NCBI GenBank assembly: GCA_964016885.1
Contig: OZ024740.1
Span: forward strand, 163,370,001 to 163,434,000
Reading direction: 5' to 3'
DNA: 64,000 nucleotides
Source of the DNA: Eledone cirrhosa
Lineage: Eukaryota
Part shown: in pieces, positions 19,274-36,530 of the stretch
Numbering within the stretch: the stretch's first letter is position 1
Layout of the letters: every line of letters starts with the position of its first letter
Program-made: the position numbers and the translations under genes
Notes under the pieces: generated by a model
The model's input: the letters and a program-made list of their open reading frames with translations, nothing else
What the model was told of the DNA's origin: nothing
Database searches by the model: none

Positions 19274-19361
19274 AAAACAGTCAGGACGCCGACGGCTGAG
19301 CTCCGGCCGTTTCAACAGCTAGATCTGGAGCTCAGCCGTCGGGGTCCTGACTCTTTTCCTA
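19270..19361. repeat. Short hairpin remnant between (TA)n tracts
   Basis: taggaaaacagtcaggacgccgacggctgagctcc...ggagctcagccgtcggggtcctgactcttttccta; related sequence at 18617-18662. Confidence 0.7.
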
Positions 19362-20020
19362 TTACCCACTCTACTACCCTAAGTATCCAGTACTCTGGTG
19401 CGTTATGGTCTACCAGGTATCTTACCACACCTTCTTTGTTATATATATATGTGTGTGTGTGCGTGTATGTATATACTACAGTGTATCACTGGACACAATT
19501 TGTGTTTCTAATAAATCTGCTGTGCATTCAAATCTGAGAACATATGATAACTTCGTCAGTTTCATTCGACCCATGATCGTAGGGCCGCGAGTTCAATTCC
19601 CGAACTGAACGGCGCGTTGTGTTCTTGAGCAAGTTACGTTTTTTCCCATTGTTCCAATCCACTCAGCTAGCAAAAATTAGTTGTATCTGTTATTCAAAGA
19701 GCCAGCCTTGTGACACATTGTTTTCACACTGAATCTCACGGAGAACTACGTTAAGGATGTACGTGTCTGTTGTATGCTCAGCCACATACACGTTAATTTC
19801 ACAAGCAGGTAGTTCCGTTGAATCATTTGGAGCACTCGTCTGAAACCACGGAGGAATAACAGTAATAATATATCTACATGTATGTATGGCGTGCGTGTGT
19901 TAGTGCCTTTGTCTCTGTGTGTGTGTGTGTGACTTAAGAAGTATTGACTTAAGAAGTATTGGGAAAATTTGAAACGTAAATGACTGATAAAAATAGGCTA
20001 TCATTATAAATAACAGTTGA

Positions 20021-20207
20021 TGGCGGTGGATTGGCAGTATCGGTAGAGGGTCGGAAGCCATGCTTTGCAGCATAGAGTTGGGCCTTTCACGGTCTGAGTT
20101 CAAATCTCACCGAGGTCAACTTTGCTTTTCATCCTTACGGGGTCGATAAAATAAAGCACCAGTAATACTCTGGGATAATTGCTGGCCTAGTGCCAAAAGT
20201 AGAAACA
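20021..20207 (+). mobile_element. tRNA-derived SINE family 1 with 18-bp TSD
   Basis: A-box-like ggcggtggattggcag, B-box gagttcaaatc, core tttgc.tttcatccttacggggtcgataaaataaag.accag; TSD attataaataacagttga at 20003-20020 and 20208-20225. Confidence 0.85.
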
Positions 20208-20899
20208 ATTATAAATAACAGTTGAGAAAATGAATCCCCGAAACGGAAAAACGTGAAAAGATGCGTCTGCGAGGAATTGAACTCCGCTACCGGCGTGTGT
20301 ATCGACCATAACACCCGGTATCTGAGTGATGCTCGGTTCATTCCTCACAGGTACCTCAGTCCAGATTCGTGTTTACAGTGCGTGTATGTGTGTGTGTGTG
20401 TATGTGTGTGTGTGTGTATGTGCATATGTATGTCTGCATAATTTTATGTACATATGTTGGACTCTCTATTTCGACACTTAAAGGTTCAAACTTTCAATCC
20501 GTCTTGCTAATGCGCTTTAATGCAGTACAGGATGTTAAGTGTTCAGCAAACTCGATTTCAGTTACTTTTTGTATTTTAATGGATCAGTCCATCTGAATTG
20601 AAATTGGATAAGAAAAGCTTCAGTACTTAAAGCGGTTAAAATTAAAGACTATGTCCTTCCAGATATACTCACACATGCTACGCAAGCAAATATCTAATTG
20701 CTCTATATGAAACATATAAGGAGTTTAGATACACACACGCACATATCTACACACACACACATATGTATATATGTCTCAAAATAACACGTAGTACAGACTT
20801 CCTGGTCAAGGACATGACACGCCGGCAGGAATCGTACTCACGACCTTACGCTCGTAAGTCGTACACCCTAACCACTAAACCACGCACCCTCACACACAC

Positions 20900-20976
<77 letters not shown>

Positions 20977-20992
20977 GAGAGAGAGAGAGAGA

Positions 20993-21038
<46 letters not shown>

Positions 21039-22439
21039 TAATAAGTAACGGAGAGAAGGTTGATTTGAGGGAAATATTTCTGCTCCATGTATTCATACGC
21101 ATTAGCCATTGGTGAATATTACCGAACATATGATGAGGCGGTTTGGATACGAATTACTTCAGTACACACCTATCGTTAGTCTTCCACTAGTTTCTTCTTC
21201 TTTTTGAGAGGGTCGTGAAGGCATTGAAATCGCCATTCAAAATGGGTGACTGCAAGTATATACAGATGATATATCGCAAAAAGCAAAGTGATGTTATAAG
21301 ATTTCTGCTCAGTGTTCACTGCTGGCAGTATCACCAAATGAATTAGCTTCATCGAGCCCTGAGATCGTTTAAAATTGTAACAATCAACTCTAAACTATCA
21401 CCTAGAACCGCTGACCAAAACCTTTACTCTTCAGAAATTCATAGAAAAATAACATGCTAAAACTATGAAAAGTGTAACATTTCTATAAATAACATCGTTG
21501 CATGAAAGACAGACTTGATTATCTTTTTAGAAAAAAATCATTTATTTACTTTGTATTTTATTTGTTTTTAATTTGTTTATGCACTTATTTTTATTGCTAT
21601 TACAACTAAGATGGTATGCTGCAAATATTTAATGTCAATTACGTTCATTTATGTTATGCAATAATTGATATGCAAATAGCTTATAAAAATCTTTTGTACG
21701 AAATTGGCCAAAAATTGTCCAATTTCGTACAAAATTTATATATTTTTTCTTTTCAGTTAATCAGCAATGTATTCAGTATTATAGAATTTTCATAAAACAT
21801 CAAAGATAATTAGATATGGAACCATTTCTACGATATAATCAAAAGTAGATTGCAAAAAAGCAATAACAAAATACTCATAAATAGAAGTATCTTCTTCCTC
21901 TACTAGATATTGATCATAATGATACTGCTGTTGCCGCCACTGCTATTGTTGCTGCTACTGCTGTTGTTACCGCTGCTGCTGCCGTTGAAGCTATGAGAGA
22001 ATGTTTATAATAGACCCTGTCTGTCTAAGGTTTGGGGATTTGAATTATCGATTTCTTTTTGTCAAGAGACATGGCTAATTCTGAAAAAAGCACTACTGAT
22101 TGAATACTTTTAGTATTGACCCCAGAAATAGTGAAATATAAAATTGATTCAGTGAGGTTTGAACTTGGAACGTTGAGAAGAAAAGAAAACAGCGGGTATT
22201 GATTTCTAGCATTGGCACAGTACCAAAGAGCCAGTATTTGATTGGTGTTATATTTTATCGACTTCCAATAGTATTAAAGACAAAGTGATTTGAACATAGA
22301 ACGGAAAATGCCGTAAACTAAATATCGCAATGTTCTACAGTCCGACGCTCTACCTATTCTGCGAACAAATATTGGAAGACGCACAGTACTTTACCGTTTC
22401 TTCTTACTTAACGTATTCTGGTATAGTATTATATGTTTT

Positions 22440-22910
22440 GTATGGTCTGAGTTCAAATCCCGCCGAGGTTAACTTTGCCTTTCATCCTTACGGGGTCGAT
22501 AAAATAAAGTACCAGTAATACACTGGGATAATTGCTGGCCTTGTGTCAAAAGTAGAAACAATTATGTTTTGTATGTATGGTCCCATAACTCCTGATAGAG
22601 TCGTAGGCGCACCGTATCGGCATACGGCGTTTCTTCGGCAGTTTTAAGCCTGGCGGAGCCCATCCCTCTCCAGGCCTGAGTACAGCAGATCTTTTTCAGA
22701 GAAAGATAGAAAGTGAGAGAGAGGAAATGAGAAAGAGATATAGAGGAAGAATACGGACCAGTACTAGACTGGTACTTCTTTTTATAGACCTCGAAAGGAT
22801 GAAAGGCAAAGTTGACCTCGGCGGGATTTGAACTCAGTGAGAAGAGAGCCGGAATGAATACCACAAAGCATTCTATCCGACGTTCTAATGACTGCCAATT
22901 CGCCGCCTAT
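22440..22910. mobile_element. Two SINE family 1 copies in opposite orientation (22440-22565 plus, 22765-22910 minus)
   Basis: gagttcaaatcccgccgagg..tttgcctttcatcctt core present on both strands. Confidence 0.75.
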
Positions 22911-25228
22911 GGTACAGTATTATTAAGATTAAAATTGAAAAAAATAAGCAGTAGTCATAAACTTATAATACTGAACTAAAGTTACTATTTTTTCAAGTTT
23001 TCTTCGTGTCTCTGTAGCCTGTTACAATAGCTATTCTGTAAACATGTATCTGCTTTCACTCAGTTCACAAACACATTGTATGGCATAATTTGATACACAT
23101 TCTAAATATATTTCTTTTTCTTCTTTCTTCTATCTCTGATTGCTAGGTGCAATCAATTTTTTGAAATTTCTGTATTAAAGTCTTTTCTTTCTTGTTCAAA
23201 TTGAAGTTTTTAGATAATGTTATATAATTCGTTTAAGTTGGTTAAAAAACTATTGTATTAATATTTTAGTAGTTTTGGTAAGATTAGAAATATAAATGAT
23301 TTAGCGAAAGGAATATTCACCAGTTTCGGGTATTATTTTTTTCTCGTTTGTTGTCTATCTCGCTGCAAATGAAATTTATGCAATGCTTCTTATACACTAA
23401 AACCCACTTACAACTGACTGTTGTCTCTTTTTACAACGAAATAAGAATACTCAAATGATACTCTGATCATTTTCAAAGTTAATATACTCAACGTTTCACT
23501 TAAAGCATTCACAACACTCATCATTTTGATGGCAACTTGCCAATCCATTTTTCAAGTTCCGCTGGCTCTCATATAACACACTTCCTTCCGCAATGCTTAC
23601 AGCTATTAATAAGATTTCTTTGCGTAGATAAAAAAATATATATAGCTCTATATATCCGGAACTCTGTATTTCTGCGAAGCGATTTCATTGGCATTCCATA
23701 GACTTTCAAGGATTTATATATAATAGAAGAAATATGTTATCTTTATCTTTAGAGTGTCTTCACCTTCAGATTGTTGTTATTGCTGTTGTTGCTTAGCACC
23801 AGGTCAGCTTAGTAGAGCAGATTCATAATCAAAGATGTTTCAGCCCTGAACATAACGTCTTTTACTTAACCCTTTAGCATTCACAAACTCTATATATACT
23901 ATTATATTTTCATGGGAAAGGCTTTACCTCGCATAATTATCTCACATAATATCGAATCTATGAGATTTTGAAAGTATTTATTTTGAGAACAATACCTTAA
24001 CATCAGTTTCAGCAACCAGTTACAGCCAGTTTCAACAGAAAAAGAGAGAGAATTCTGGCCGGTTTTGGCCGGTTTGAACATTAAAGGGTTAAGCAAAGTA
24101 CTCTCATAACCCATGTAATTACTGTGTATTTTTCCTAAGGAGATAGTGTTTAATCCGAGGGAATTTTGCTATTTCCATCAGGTCAGTGTTTGCATAGAAA
24201 GTCAATTAACGTTGATATATTTCCTTTCTTCTTATCATAAAGCGCTTCGTTTTTTCCCCTTGTCTTTATACGCGTGTGCACGTCTGAACGAGAGTGTTTA
24301 GCAGTCTAGGTTTACTATATCTATAGGACCATCCGTTGCTCTCTTCCCTTTGTATAAATGTTTGTATATTTGTGACCATTAACCCTTATCATCCTTTGCC
24401 TACCACACTTAATTTTCTCCTTCATAGTTACATCCCATATTTTACCTCACTTCATTTCTGAGAATATTAAGCCACACTTCTTAAGATCCACATGAAGGCG
24501 TTATTCAAACTCAACCACGTAAACATATAATGCTAGACGTATACTGAATCCACAAAGAGAGGCACTAAGCTAAGATAATCTTTCAACAGGACCATGGTTA
24601 TGTCACCTTCAACAACACATAGATACAAACATATGTAGAGGAAACAGCCTTGCACTATACACTCCCAACATCTGAGCAACAGACAAAGCCTTTAAACGTG
24701 CCAATGAGAGAAGCTTCTATACTTGGGCCCCAAAAGTGATTGATATCGATTTTCAGGGTCAATGAGACAACATAGAAGCCTAAGTGAACCTTTAGGCCAA
24801 AACCTAATATTTATATACGAAATGAAAATACATAAAATAATACGATGTAGTAGAGATTGCTTATACAGATTTCTGATTTATATAAAATTAGTTTTTATTA
24901 TATATTTATTTTATATTATGTTTACTCATTTATTTATTTGCTTTTTTACATTACTTGGGATCAAGGATTCCATGAAGAAATTGATGGTCTAAAAACTTTA
25001 GAGGTTTTCAATCAACTGAAAATAGCAGCCAAATTTCCCCCAAACCACACCATATCCTCTTAAAACACTTGGATACTTTTAGTCTGATAACTTTTAGTCT
25101 GATGCAATAAAGGTTGTGACTGTTATCAAATTTAAAATAAATATAAACAATTTATTATTTCACTTATAAAAGTAAATGGTTTACTAATATCTTTAAAATA
25201 AAAATAAATAAGTTATCAAACATTGTTT

Positions 25229-25500
25229 CGTAATGTGATCCATGTTGCTGATGAGCAGAAGCATGTTTTGCAATATTAGGTACCAGCTTTGATAAAAGTA
25301 GTCGTAAATCTCCACGCTGTATTATTTCCATTCGGATTCTATTCTTAGCCAAGATTTAGTTTACTGTGCCAAAGCCTTTTCCCACTAGAATGAATGATGA
25401 AAAAGCAATAAAAATTACTGGATTTCCTTCCACAACAAAAGAAATTTCATACTGCATTGTAACAGCATTTCACTGAAACCTCGATCTTTTTTTTTAATCA
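25229..25500 (-). pseudogene. hAT (Charlie/SPIN-like) transposase C-terminal remnant
   Basis: KNRIRMEIIQRGDLRLLLSKLVPNIAKHASAHQQHGSH matches the typical R.RL.I..GDLRL.L..I.P.I..HQ.H.SH terminus. Confidence 0.7.
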
Positions 25501-26974
25501 GTATTACTTTTACGCCATTTTGTAATTCAATGATGTTCTCTGAAAGTTTGATTTTTCATTCTATTTTGCACACAAATGGGTTTCGGTCTAACTACCATAT
25601 TATCTGCTTTAGTTGGAAGCTGGTAACTATCATTTCTAATAAAATTAGTCACGTGTAAATTTGAATGCTGAAGCGTATGAGTTGAATAGATGAATTTGAT
25701 TCTCAGCAATTATATATCATTACAACAGTTCAATATGAAAATACAAATATTTTCACTGTATAATTTATACATATATATGATACGGAAAAGGATAAAATAA
25801 AAGTACATTTCAATATATAAGATTTTCCTTTTTAATTACTTTGTTATCAATGTCACCTTTGTTTTCATCTTTAAACGGGTAGAATTTGATATGAATGCAA
25901 TCTAGCTGCTAATGTCTACAGGTAGACGCTACGTCGTTGGCTAGTTTGCATTTTCATAGGTCAATGCTGTTATGTTGTTGTCGTTAAGCTCCAGATTAAG
26001 CAGTCGTACCTTAAAATACGCTCCAATCGTGGCCATTCCATCTTTTTGTATATCTACAACGACCTAGTTCAACGCGTCTTTCTATTTTCCTTTCTTTTTA
26101 AATGCAAATAGGTAAGATTTGAGAAAATGTGGTTTATATTTCTTGTAGATCAAGCGATTGAGGAATCTTAGTTATATATGTTATTGGCGTCAATAAAATA
26201 CATACACTAAACATATATGATTAAGGAGTAAGAAATGTCCTACTTTTGTGTAAATCTATTTCAGTTGTGACTGTTTAAAGAAGAGAGAATGATTTTTATC
26301 GACAAAAACAGAATTTCAATAAATGAAATTCTATAAATTATTCTATTTCATTTCATATTTTGTAGTTTTCATTTAGATAACTTCAATGATTTTATCAATA
26401 AAAACATTGAACAATACATTCAAACATTATAACAATCAAAAACAAAACGAACATTTCCCTGAAAACAGATTATGTTAATAAATCCTTTGTCGGAGTATGC
26501 TTCCTCACTATGTGATTAATTCGGAAATCGAATATTTAATGTGGAATCTAGCAAACTGAAATAGACTCTCTACGGCAATAAATCTCTAGTTTTGTTTTCT
26601 GTGGGCAGTTAGGATAGATTCCAAAGGCAACGAAGAAAAAACAATTAAATATACAAATATGAGATCTCATCTCACTACCGATAATAACACATGTACATAT
26701 ACGGTTTATTTACTAAAGATATTGAGTCAGATCAAGCCCGTTCACCAACTGAGTTCACTTCAAGCTAAAAGGGGAGAAATAATGTGGTTGTTTAAAAAAT
26801 TAGAAATAACAGCTAATTTTCCCTTAAATTATAATATAGAACAACCTGAAAAAAGGCGAGATGTTCAACCGGGGAATAACCTTGTTCATACGAGTGTTCA
26901 ATCAGCTTAACAACATAATGTCTTCGTTTATTTCATTGAATTCTGTAACAAATTCCTCTCCCCCTCTCTCTCTT

Positions 26975-27049
<75 letters not shown>

Positions 27050-27222
27050 GCGTGTGTATGTGGAGGAGTTTCATATTGATAAAGATTCTTTTATTTACAA
27101 ATTAACATTACTATGAAAAGTATTGACCGAATAACGTTCTCAATGCGTGAAATAAATGAAACATTTAACAGTTACTTAGCCGAGTAAGGCTTTTCAATAG
27201 GAAAACGTGTGCGAAAATACGA

Positions 27223-27356
<134 letters not shown>

Positions 27357-27509
27357 CATATAGATATCATTCCGTTGGTATACATCTATTACGCAATTTA
27401 CATCCGAAGATGTCACCGGGTTCTTACGCAACCTACCCACTGAAATGTGCATAGTGTTTGCAGGTAATACATAATTTAGGAAATTCAACATATTTGGCCA
27501 CCTGTCATT

Positions 27510-27881
27510 TTACTGACCAAGAAACTCACTCAGATGGTGGATGGGTGCTACAAGAAAATGCTGAGGATGGTTCTGAACATTAATAAGTATACACTGAGGA
27601 TGAAGAGCTGTTCGGGAGCCTCCCAAAAGCCAGCTCAAAAGTGACACAGAGGAGACTGAGGTTCGCTGAACATGCTCACCAGCATCCAGAGTTGACACTG
27701 TACTCAGTGGACATGTGGGAGCCCCTGCATGGACACACTGGAAGAGGAAGACCGAGGTTAACATATGTTATGCCCTAAGGACAGAAACACTGGTCTCTTG
27801 GAGATGCAGGACATGGCAGCGATAATGAGGGACAGAGACCGCTGGAGAGAACTCGTCCATGGATCTCGGGAATTTTACATG

Positions 27882-27884
<3 letters not shown>
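27510..27884 (+). mobile_element. RTE LINE 3' fragment (same family as 36531-36822 and 39600-40478)
   Basis: Nucleotide match to 40090-40465; ends directly in (TA)n. Confidence 0.8.
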
Positions 27885-27917
<33 letters not shown>

Positions 27918-27959
27918 GGAGGAAGTTATAGTTCACTTGAAGCATTGTGTAATGAGGTA

Positions 27960-30597
27960 TAAACATTTGTAGTTGTAGTTGTAAGGCCAAAACAATGCAG
28001 ATATGGATATAGAATATAAATGCAAATGCAAAAGATATTGTTGACAATTAGTCTTTTACGTTAAATTTATTTAAATATCCTTAATTTTCGAGATAATATC
28101 TCTTCTTCGGAGGGAAGTAAAGTGGTTAAACCAGCGTTCTAAATAACTTGCCATGTCATGCTGACAGGAAATGGTATAGAGTATCTGTTCTATCTCTAAT
28201 GTCAAAGAGTGATGGTTAGGTGGATAAAGAGTAGTCTCCCTTTAAAAGGGGTTTTGTACATGTATGTTTAAGTGTGTGGGAGAATACGTAGAGGCGTAAG
28301 TATGTGTGTGTGTGAGAGAGTGTGAGAAGATATGTCTATACGTAAATGTGGGGGCTAGATGCTCTATCATGTTAAAACTGGTCTTTGTGTGTGTATGTGT
28401 GTGTGAGAGAATAAGTGGAGGTGTAAGCATGTGTGTGTGTATGTGTGTGTGTGTGTGTGTGCGTGTGTGTGTGCGTGTGTGTGCGTGTGCGTGTGCGTGT
28501 GTGTAAGAGGGGGTGTATGTGTGGGGCTAGGTGCTCTATCAAGTTATAAATTGGGTGTTGAGTTCTAGTCTATTATTGATTGGTGGTTGTGTTTTGTTTA
28601 TAATCAGTGCTTCCTTAATTCTAAGATTGCCGAGGTTTCCTTCCTTAGTTTCTATCCTAACTGTTATGTTTTTGTTGGTGTTTTTGCATTTCACTAGGTG
28701 CTTATTAAATGAGGAAGCGTTAGTATTGAGGTGTTCTTTTATTTTTATGTGAAGTGGTCTGGTGGTGCTACCTACGTAGATGTTGCTGCATTTGTTGCAC
28801 TCTAACCTGTATACGACGTAAGCCTGGTGGCATAGGTCTGTATCGTTGATGGGGCAGTTGGCTAGCCTGCAGCGGCTGTCATGTCGATTTATTGACGGAC
28901 TGCGTGGTCGCAGAGGACATCGACTGCTACGGCCTCCATCCGACGGACATACACTAGGTTTTGTCATTCACAGTGGACAATACGTACTTCACCTTCCACC
29001 ACCACACATACAGACAGACAACAGGATTACCCATGCGATCCAGCCTATCGAGCCTGTTTGCCATCACCTATATGAACCAGCTAGAATGCCGAGCCCTCAA
29101 CACCTGTCATTCCCATACCTTCTTCACCCGATATGTAGATGACATACTCATCCTTACATCATCCCGTGAGGAGGCGGATAAAATATACACGATCTTCTCC
29201 AGCATGGACGCCAGTATAAAGTTCAGCATGGAACACCCCGATGACCGCGGATCCCTATCCCTACTGGACTTCCAACTCAGGGTAACAGAGGAAGGCAACA
29301 TCTACACCTGCTTCTATAAAAAAGCCGCCAGCAGGGATCTCTTCGTACATTTCAGATCGGCCCTCCCAGCCGGCGCTAAGTTCGGATACATAAGGAACGA
29401 ACTAACACGTATCCGGAACAAATGCACCGACGCTAGAGACCGAGACACACACACCACACATTTCCTAGAAGTACTCAAACTGACGGATACCCGACGTCCA
29501 CCACGAACCGTGCCAGGACGAGCAGAGGACACCACACCTGAGGCACTAACACCTGCTTCCTGAAGCTCCCACACTTCAGTGACGAAACAACAACAGCCAT
29601 CCGCAGAGCTATCAGACGAGAGGGACTAGATATCCAAGTAGCCCACTCAGGATCTTCTCTACGCGGACAGCTAACCAAAAGACACTCCACCAGACATGAC
29701 AGCCGCTGCAGGCTAGCCAACTGCCCCATCAACGACACAGACCTATGCCATCAGGCTTACGTCGTATACAGATTAGAGTGCGACAAATGCAGCAACTTCT
29801 ACGTAGGTAGCACCACCAGACCACTTCACATAAGAATAAAAGAACCCCTCAATACTAACGCTTCCTCATTTAAAAAAACACCTAGTGAAATGTAAAAACA
29901 CCAACAAAAACATAACAGTTAGGATAGAAACTAAGGAAGGAAACTTCGGCAATCTTAGAATTAAGGAAGCACTAATTATAGACAAAACACAACCACCAAT
30001 CAATAATAGACTAGAACTCAACACCCAGTTTATAACTTGATAGAGCACCTAGCCCCACACATACACCCCCTCACACACATACGCACACGCACACTCACAC
30101 GCACACACACACACACGCAAACACACACACACACGCGCTTACACCTCCATTTATTCTCTCACACACACACATACACACACAAAGACCAGTTTTAACATGA
30201 TAGAGCATCTAGCCCCCACATTTACGTATAGACATATCTTCTCACACTCACACACACACACACACACACACATACTTACGCCTTTACGTATTCTCCCACA
30301 CACTTAAACATACATGTACAAAACCCCTTTTAAAGGGAGACTACTCTTTATCCACCTAACCATCACTCTTTGACATTAGAGATAGAACAGATACTCTATA
30401 CCATTTCCTGTCAGCATGACTTGGCAAGCTATTTAGAACGCTGGTTTACCCACTTTACTACACTCCGAAGAAGAGATATTATCTCGAAAATTAAGGATAT
30501 TTAAATAAATTTAAGGTAAAAGACAATATCTCTTGCATTTGCATTTATATTCTATATCCATATCTGCATTGTTTTGGCCTTACAACTACAAACGTTT
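27960..30597 (+). mobile_element. PLE with RT + GIY-YIG and ~900-bp inverted arms
   Basis: RT motifs NTYFTF..YRQTTGLPM, RYVDDIL, FSMEH..LSLLD, HFRSALP (28961-29563); GIY-YIG VVYRLEC.KC..YVGSTTRPLHI.IKE..EAL.I..QPPIN; arms 27960-28885 and 29693-30597; HHR CCGAAGA-agagat-att-atctc-GAAA-attA at 30465-30496 and 28079-28113(-). Confidence 0.92.
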
Positions 30598-30767
30598 ATA
30601 TATATATACATATAAATGGGAAGAATCAAAACAACATAACAAATATATTTGACTTTTATGCTTCTCAATAAACCAGCTCAATAGACTATATCCAGAGCCA
30701 TAATAATTCAAGTATAAAAGATATATGTAGAGAGATATACATGTATACATATATCTTTCATACTTGG

Positions 30768-32912
<2,145 letters not shown>

Positions 32913-32958
32913 ATATATATATATATATTCCAACTCGTGTGCTCCTCCACATTTTATA

Positions 32959-33241
<283 letters not shown>

Positions 33242-33243
33242 AT

Positions 33244-34567
33244 GCTTGGGGAGGGTCATATTTGTGTAATATTGCCAGAATTAATAACAGAACACACTCA
33301 CTGTGTGGTTGGTTTTCGCTTTTCGCTTCTGTGTCTTTTATATCGGTAATCTAATTTATTCGGTCCTCAATGTTGCCATTGACTGACCAACGGTCAAAAG
33401 TACAGATACAATATAGACACAAACACATATATATAGTTTATCAAAGTTCTTTCGTTGCACATCTACAACATCGTCAGTGGTGCTATTGTTTCCTCCCGTT
33501 GCATTGTATTTTCTACGCCATCTTTATTTAGTCTGTTTATATATTTATTTATTTTATTTTGTCTTCTTTGCGCATGTGTTTGCGTGTGTGTATAGTGTTT
33601 TGTTTGATGTGTGTTCGTGATTGGTTGACTGTGTGTTGGTTAATGTATTCTATCTTTACTAGTGTGTGTTTATATGTGTTTGTTTTTATTGTGCTTGTGT
33701 ATGTATTTATTTATTTATTTATCTATTTATTTATTTATACTTCTCTTAGGTCAGTGTTGTTTGTTTGGGTGTTGTTGTTATTCCATTCATTCTTTCTGTT
33801 TAGCCTTGGCCTTCTAAGTTCTATTTCAATGGCCTCTTCGATTTGCCTATCTGCTGGGTCATTTCTATGTTTAGATATTATTCTAATTTCTATGTTGTCT
33901 ATGTTACCGTCGTGTTGTTGTCTGGCATGTTCGTATAGTACTCAACCATTTTTTCGTCCTTTTAGTTCCCCCCAGTGTTGGTCTATCCTTTCACCTATGC
34001 TACGAGCTGACTCGCCTATGTATGTTGTTGTCATGTTTCTGCAACTACCCTCTGTACATCTTATGCTATAGACTACGTTTCTAGTTTTACAGTTTATCCG
34101 GGGGTTTACCTTACATATGATACATTTCCTATAAACACACACTAGTAAAGATAGAATACATTAACCAACACACAGTCACCCAATCACGAACACACATCAA
34201 ACAAAACACTATACACACACGCAAACGCATGCGCAAAGAAGACAAAATAAAATAAACAAATAAATAAATATATAAACAGACTAAATAAAGATGGCGTAGA
34301 AAATACAATGCAACGGGAGGAAACAATAGCACCACTGACGATGTTGCAGATGTGCAACGAAAGAACTTTGATAAACTATATATATGTGTTTGTGTCTATA
34401 TTGTATCTGTACTTTTGACCGTTGGTCAGTCAATGGCAACATTGAGGACCGAATAAATTAGATTACCGATATAAAAGACACAGAAGCGAAAAGCTAAAAC
34501 CAACCAAACAGTGAGTGTGTTCTGTTATTAATTCTGGCAATATTACACAAATATGACCCTCCCCAAG
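33244..34567 (-). mobile_element. PLE 3' fragment (GIY-YIG) with ~430-bp inverted arms
   Basis: Minus CKTRNVVYSIRC..C..YIGESARSIGERIDQH..RQIEEAIEI..LNRKNEW (33770-34130); arms 33244-33674 and 34130-34567; HHR CTGACGA-tgttgca-gatg-tgcaac-GAAA-gaactt at 34335-34370 and 33442-33479(-). Confidence 0.9.
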
Positions 34568-34632
34568 TATAACAATATTTGTTTCGACACACGATTTCAT
34601 ATAAAAAACCTCTCAAAACTAATTCATCGCCG

Positions 34633-34878
<246 letters not shown>

Positions 34879-34963
34879 AAAAGGTAAACAGAAATAACAA
34901 CACAATTGGTACAGTATATGGAAGGTATGTATTAGGTTAACGCTTGATATAGCAAGGAGAGGG

Positions 34964-34999
34964 TCTTAACGTTTCGGACGCTAATCCTTCATTAGAAGA
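34964..34999 (-). ncRNA. Degenerate hammerhead (G5A) in a short pLTR remnant
   Basis: CTAATGA-agga-ttagcg-tcc-GAAA-cgttA-aga. Confidence 0.45.
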
Positions 35000-35122
35000 A
35001 AGAATGAGAAATAAAATAGATTAAGGGGACGGGCGGGATGGAAAAAATGTCTTTAGATAAAAATAATAGGTCCATTCATGTTGTTCAAAAACCCTGGTAA
35101 TGTGTATGTATATATATCTATA

Positions 35123-35867
35123 TCTATATATCTAAAACACAGAATATCTGTCTTTCTCTCTGTCTGTCCAATCACTAAAACTCGAGAACCACCCAACCTA
35201 TTGTTTTCAATGCAAAGAAATTTCAAATTTTTAATGCCCTAGGCACCACATTAGGCGATTTAGCGATCTCTCTCTCTCTCTTAGAGTTTCTCTTTTTAGA
35301 TAGATACATAGATATAACGTTTCGCCTTTATAATATATGTCTGTATGCCTGGCGGTCTGCATTACGACATTATGACGTAACTGTGTGTGTGTGTGTGTAT
35401 ATGTGTGTATGTGTGTATATATGTATATATAGTGTATATATATATATATATATATAGTGTGTAACGTTTTTCGAAATATTTACTTCTGCGTTCACAGATT
35501 AATTTTTTATTTTAGTTTCAGAAGATCCCGTTAAGGGTGAAAGCAGCGATTCTTTGCTTAAACTTTAATCTGTTATTTTAATATATATATATATATAATT
35601 ATATATTGATTTTCTTCGCACGGTAAAAAAAACCCTGGTAATGTACGACGAATTTTTTTTATAACCACAAACTGTAGACACCATCCCGAGGCAGAGGTAT
35701 TTCGTACTTCTCTGTACTGTTATATATATAATTATATATTCGTGTACAGATATTTTCGCATACACAATAACAAAATATAAACAAACGTATTTATTTCACG
35801 AGGATCGATAAGGATAATTATATATCAAATATATAAGAACCCTAGAGCAAATCCCGCGCACTGCTAG
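35123..35867 (+). mobile_element. Non-autonomous Helitron-like element carrying pLTR-A pieces
   Basis: 5' tctatatatctaaaacacagaat..tctgtc resembles the Helitron 5' end near 9860(-); possible 3' end cccgcgcactgCTAGt at ~35853-35868. Confidence 0.55.
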
Positions 35868-36530
35868 TATATATTAAAATAACAGATTAAAGTTTAAGCA
35901 CAGAATCGCTGTTTTGACCTTAACGGGATCTTCTGAAACTAAAAAAAATCAATCTGTGAACGCAGAAGTAAATATTTCGAAAAACATTGCAACAGAAGGA
36001 AAACAGGAAGACGATACTTTGGTTTGTGAAGACGTTCCCTGGTAATGAACGGAAAAATAGTGAAGATAATATGTTGTTATGTGGACGATGAGAACAATTA
36101 CACGCAAAGAAAAAACCACGTGTATGTATTTTAATTATTATTACTTTTATGATTTTAGTCTACGACTCCATTTATACCATAAACGTGGTTTTGTCTTTGC
36201 GTGTAATTGTTCTCACCGCTCCACACGACGACGTATTATCTTCGCTATTTTTCCATTCATTGCCAGGGAACGTCTTCACGGACCAAAGTATCGTCTTCCT
36301 GTTTTCCTTCGGTTGCAACGTTTTTCGAAATATTGACTTCTGCGTTCACGGATTTATTTTTTTAGTTTCAGAAGATCCCGTTAAGGGTAAAAGCAGCGAT
36401 TCTTTGCTTAAACTTGAATCTGTTATTTTAATAAATATTTGCTCTAGGGTTCTTATATATTTGATATATATTTATCCTTATCGAGCCCTCTTTGGATTTT
36501 AGTCTTCACATTTATTATTATTACTATATA

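Noticed and set aside
20021-20110. tRNA gene
   Set aside because: A/B boxes are present but there is no cloverleaf; it continues into a repeated SINE body with a TSD.
33942-33944. In-frame TGA inside a GIY-YIG domain as possible selenocysteine (reported for some Naiad PLEs)
   Set aside because: It lies at the Ser of an S.L..H motif (TCA to TGA, one substitution), not at a Cys position; no SECIS recognised; a nonsense mutation is simpler.
35087-35644. 17-bp direct repeat aaaaaccctggtaatgt as a TSD around the Helitron-like piece
   Set aside because: The repeats are not flush with the element ends, and Helitrons do not make TSDs.
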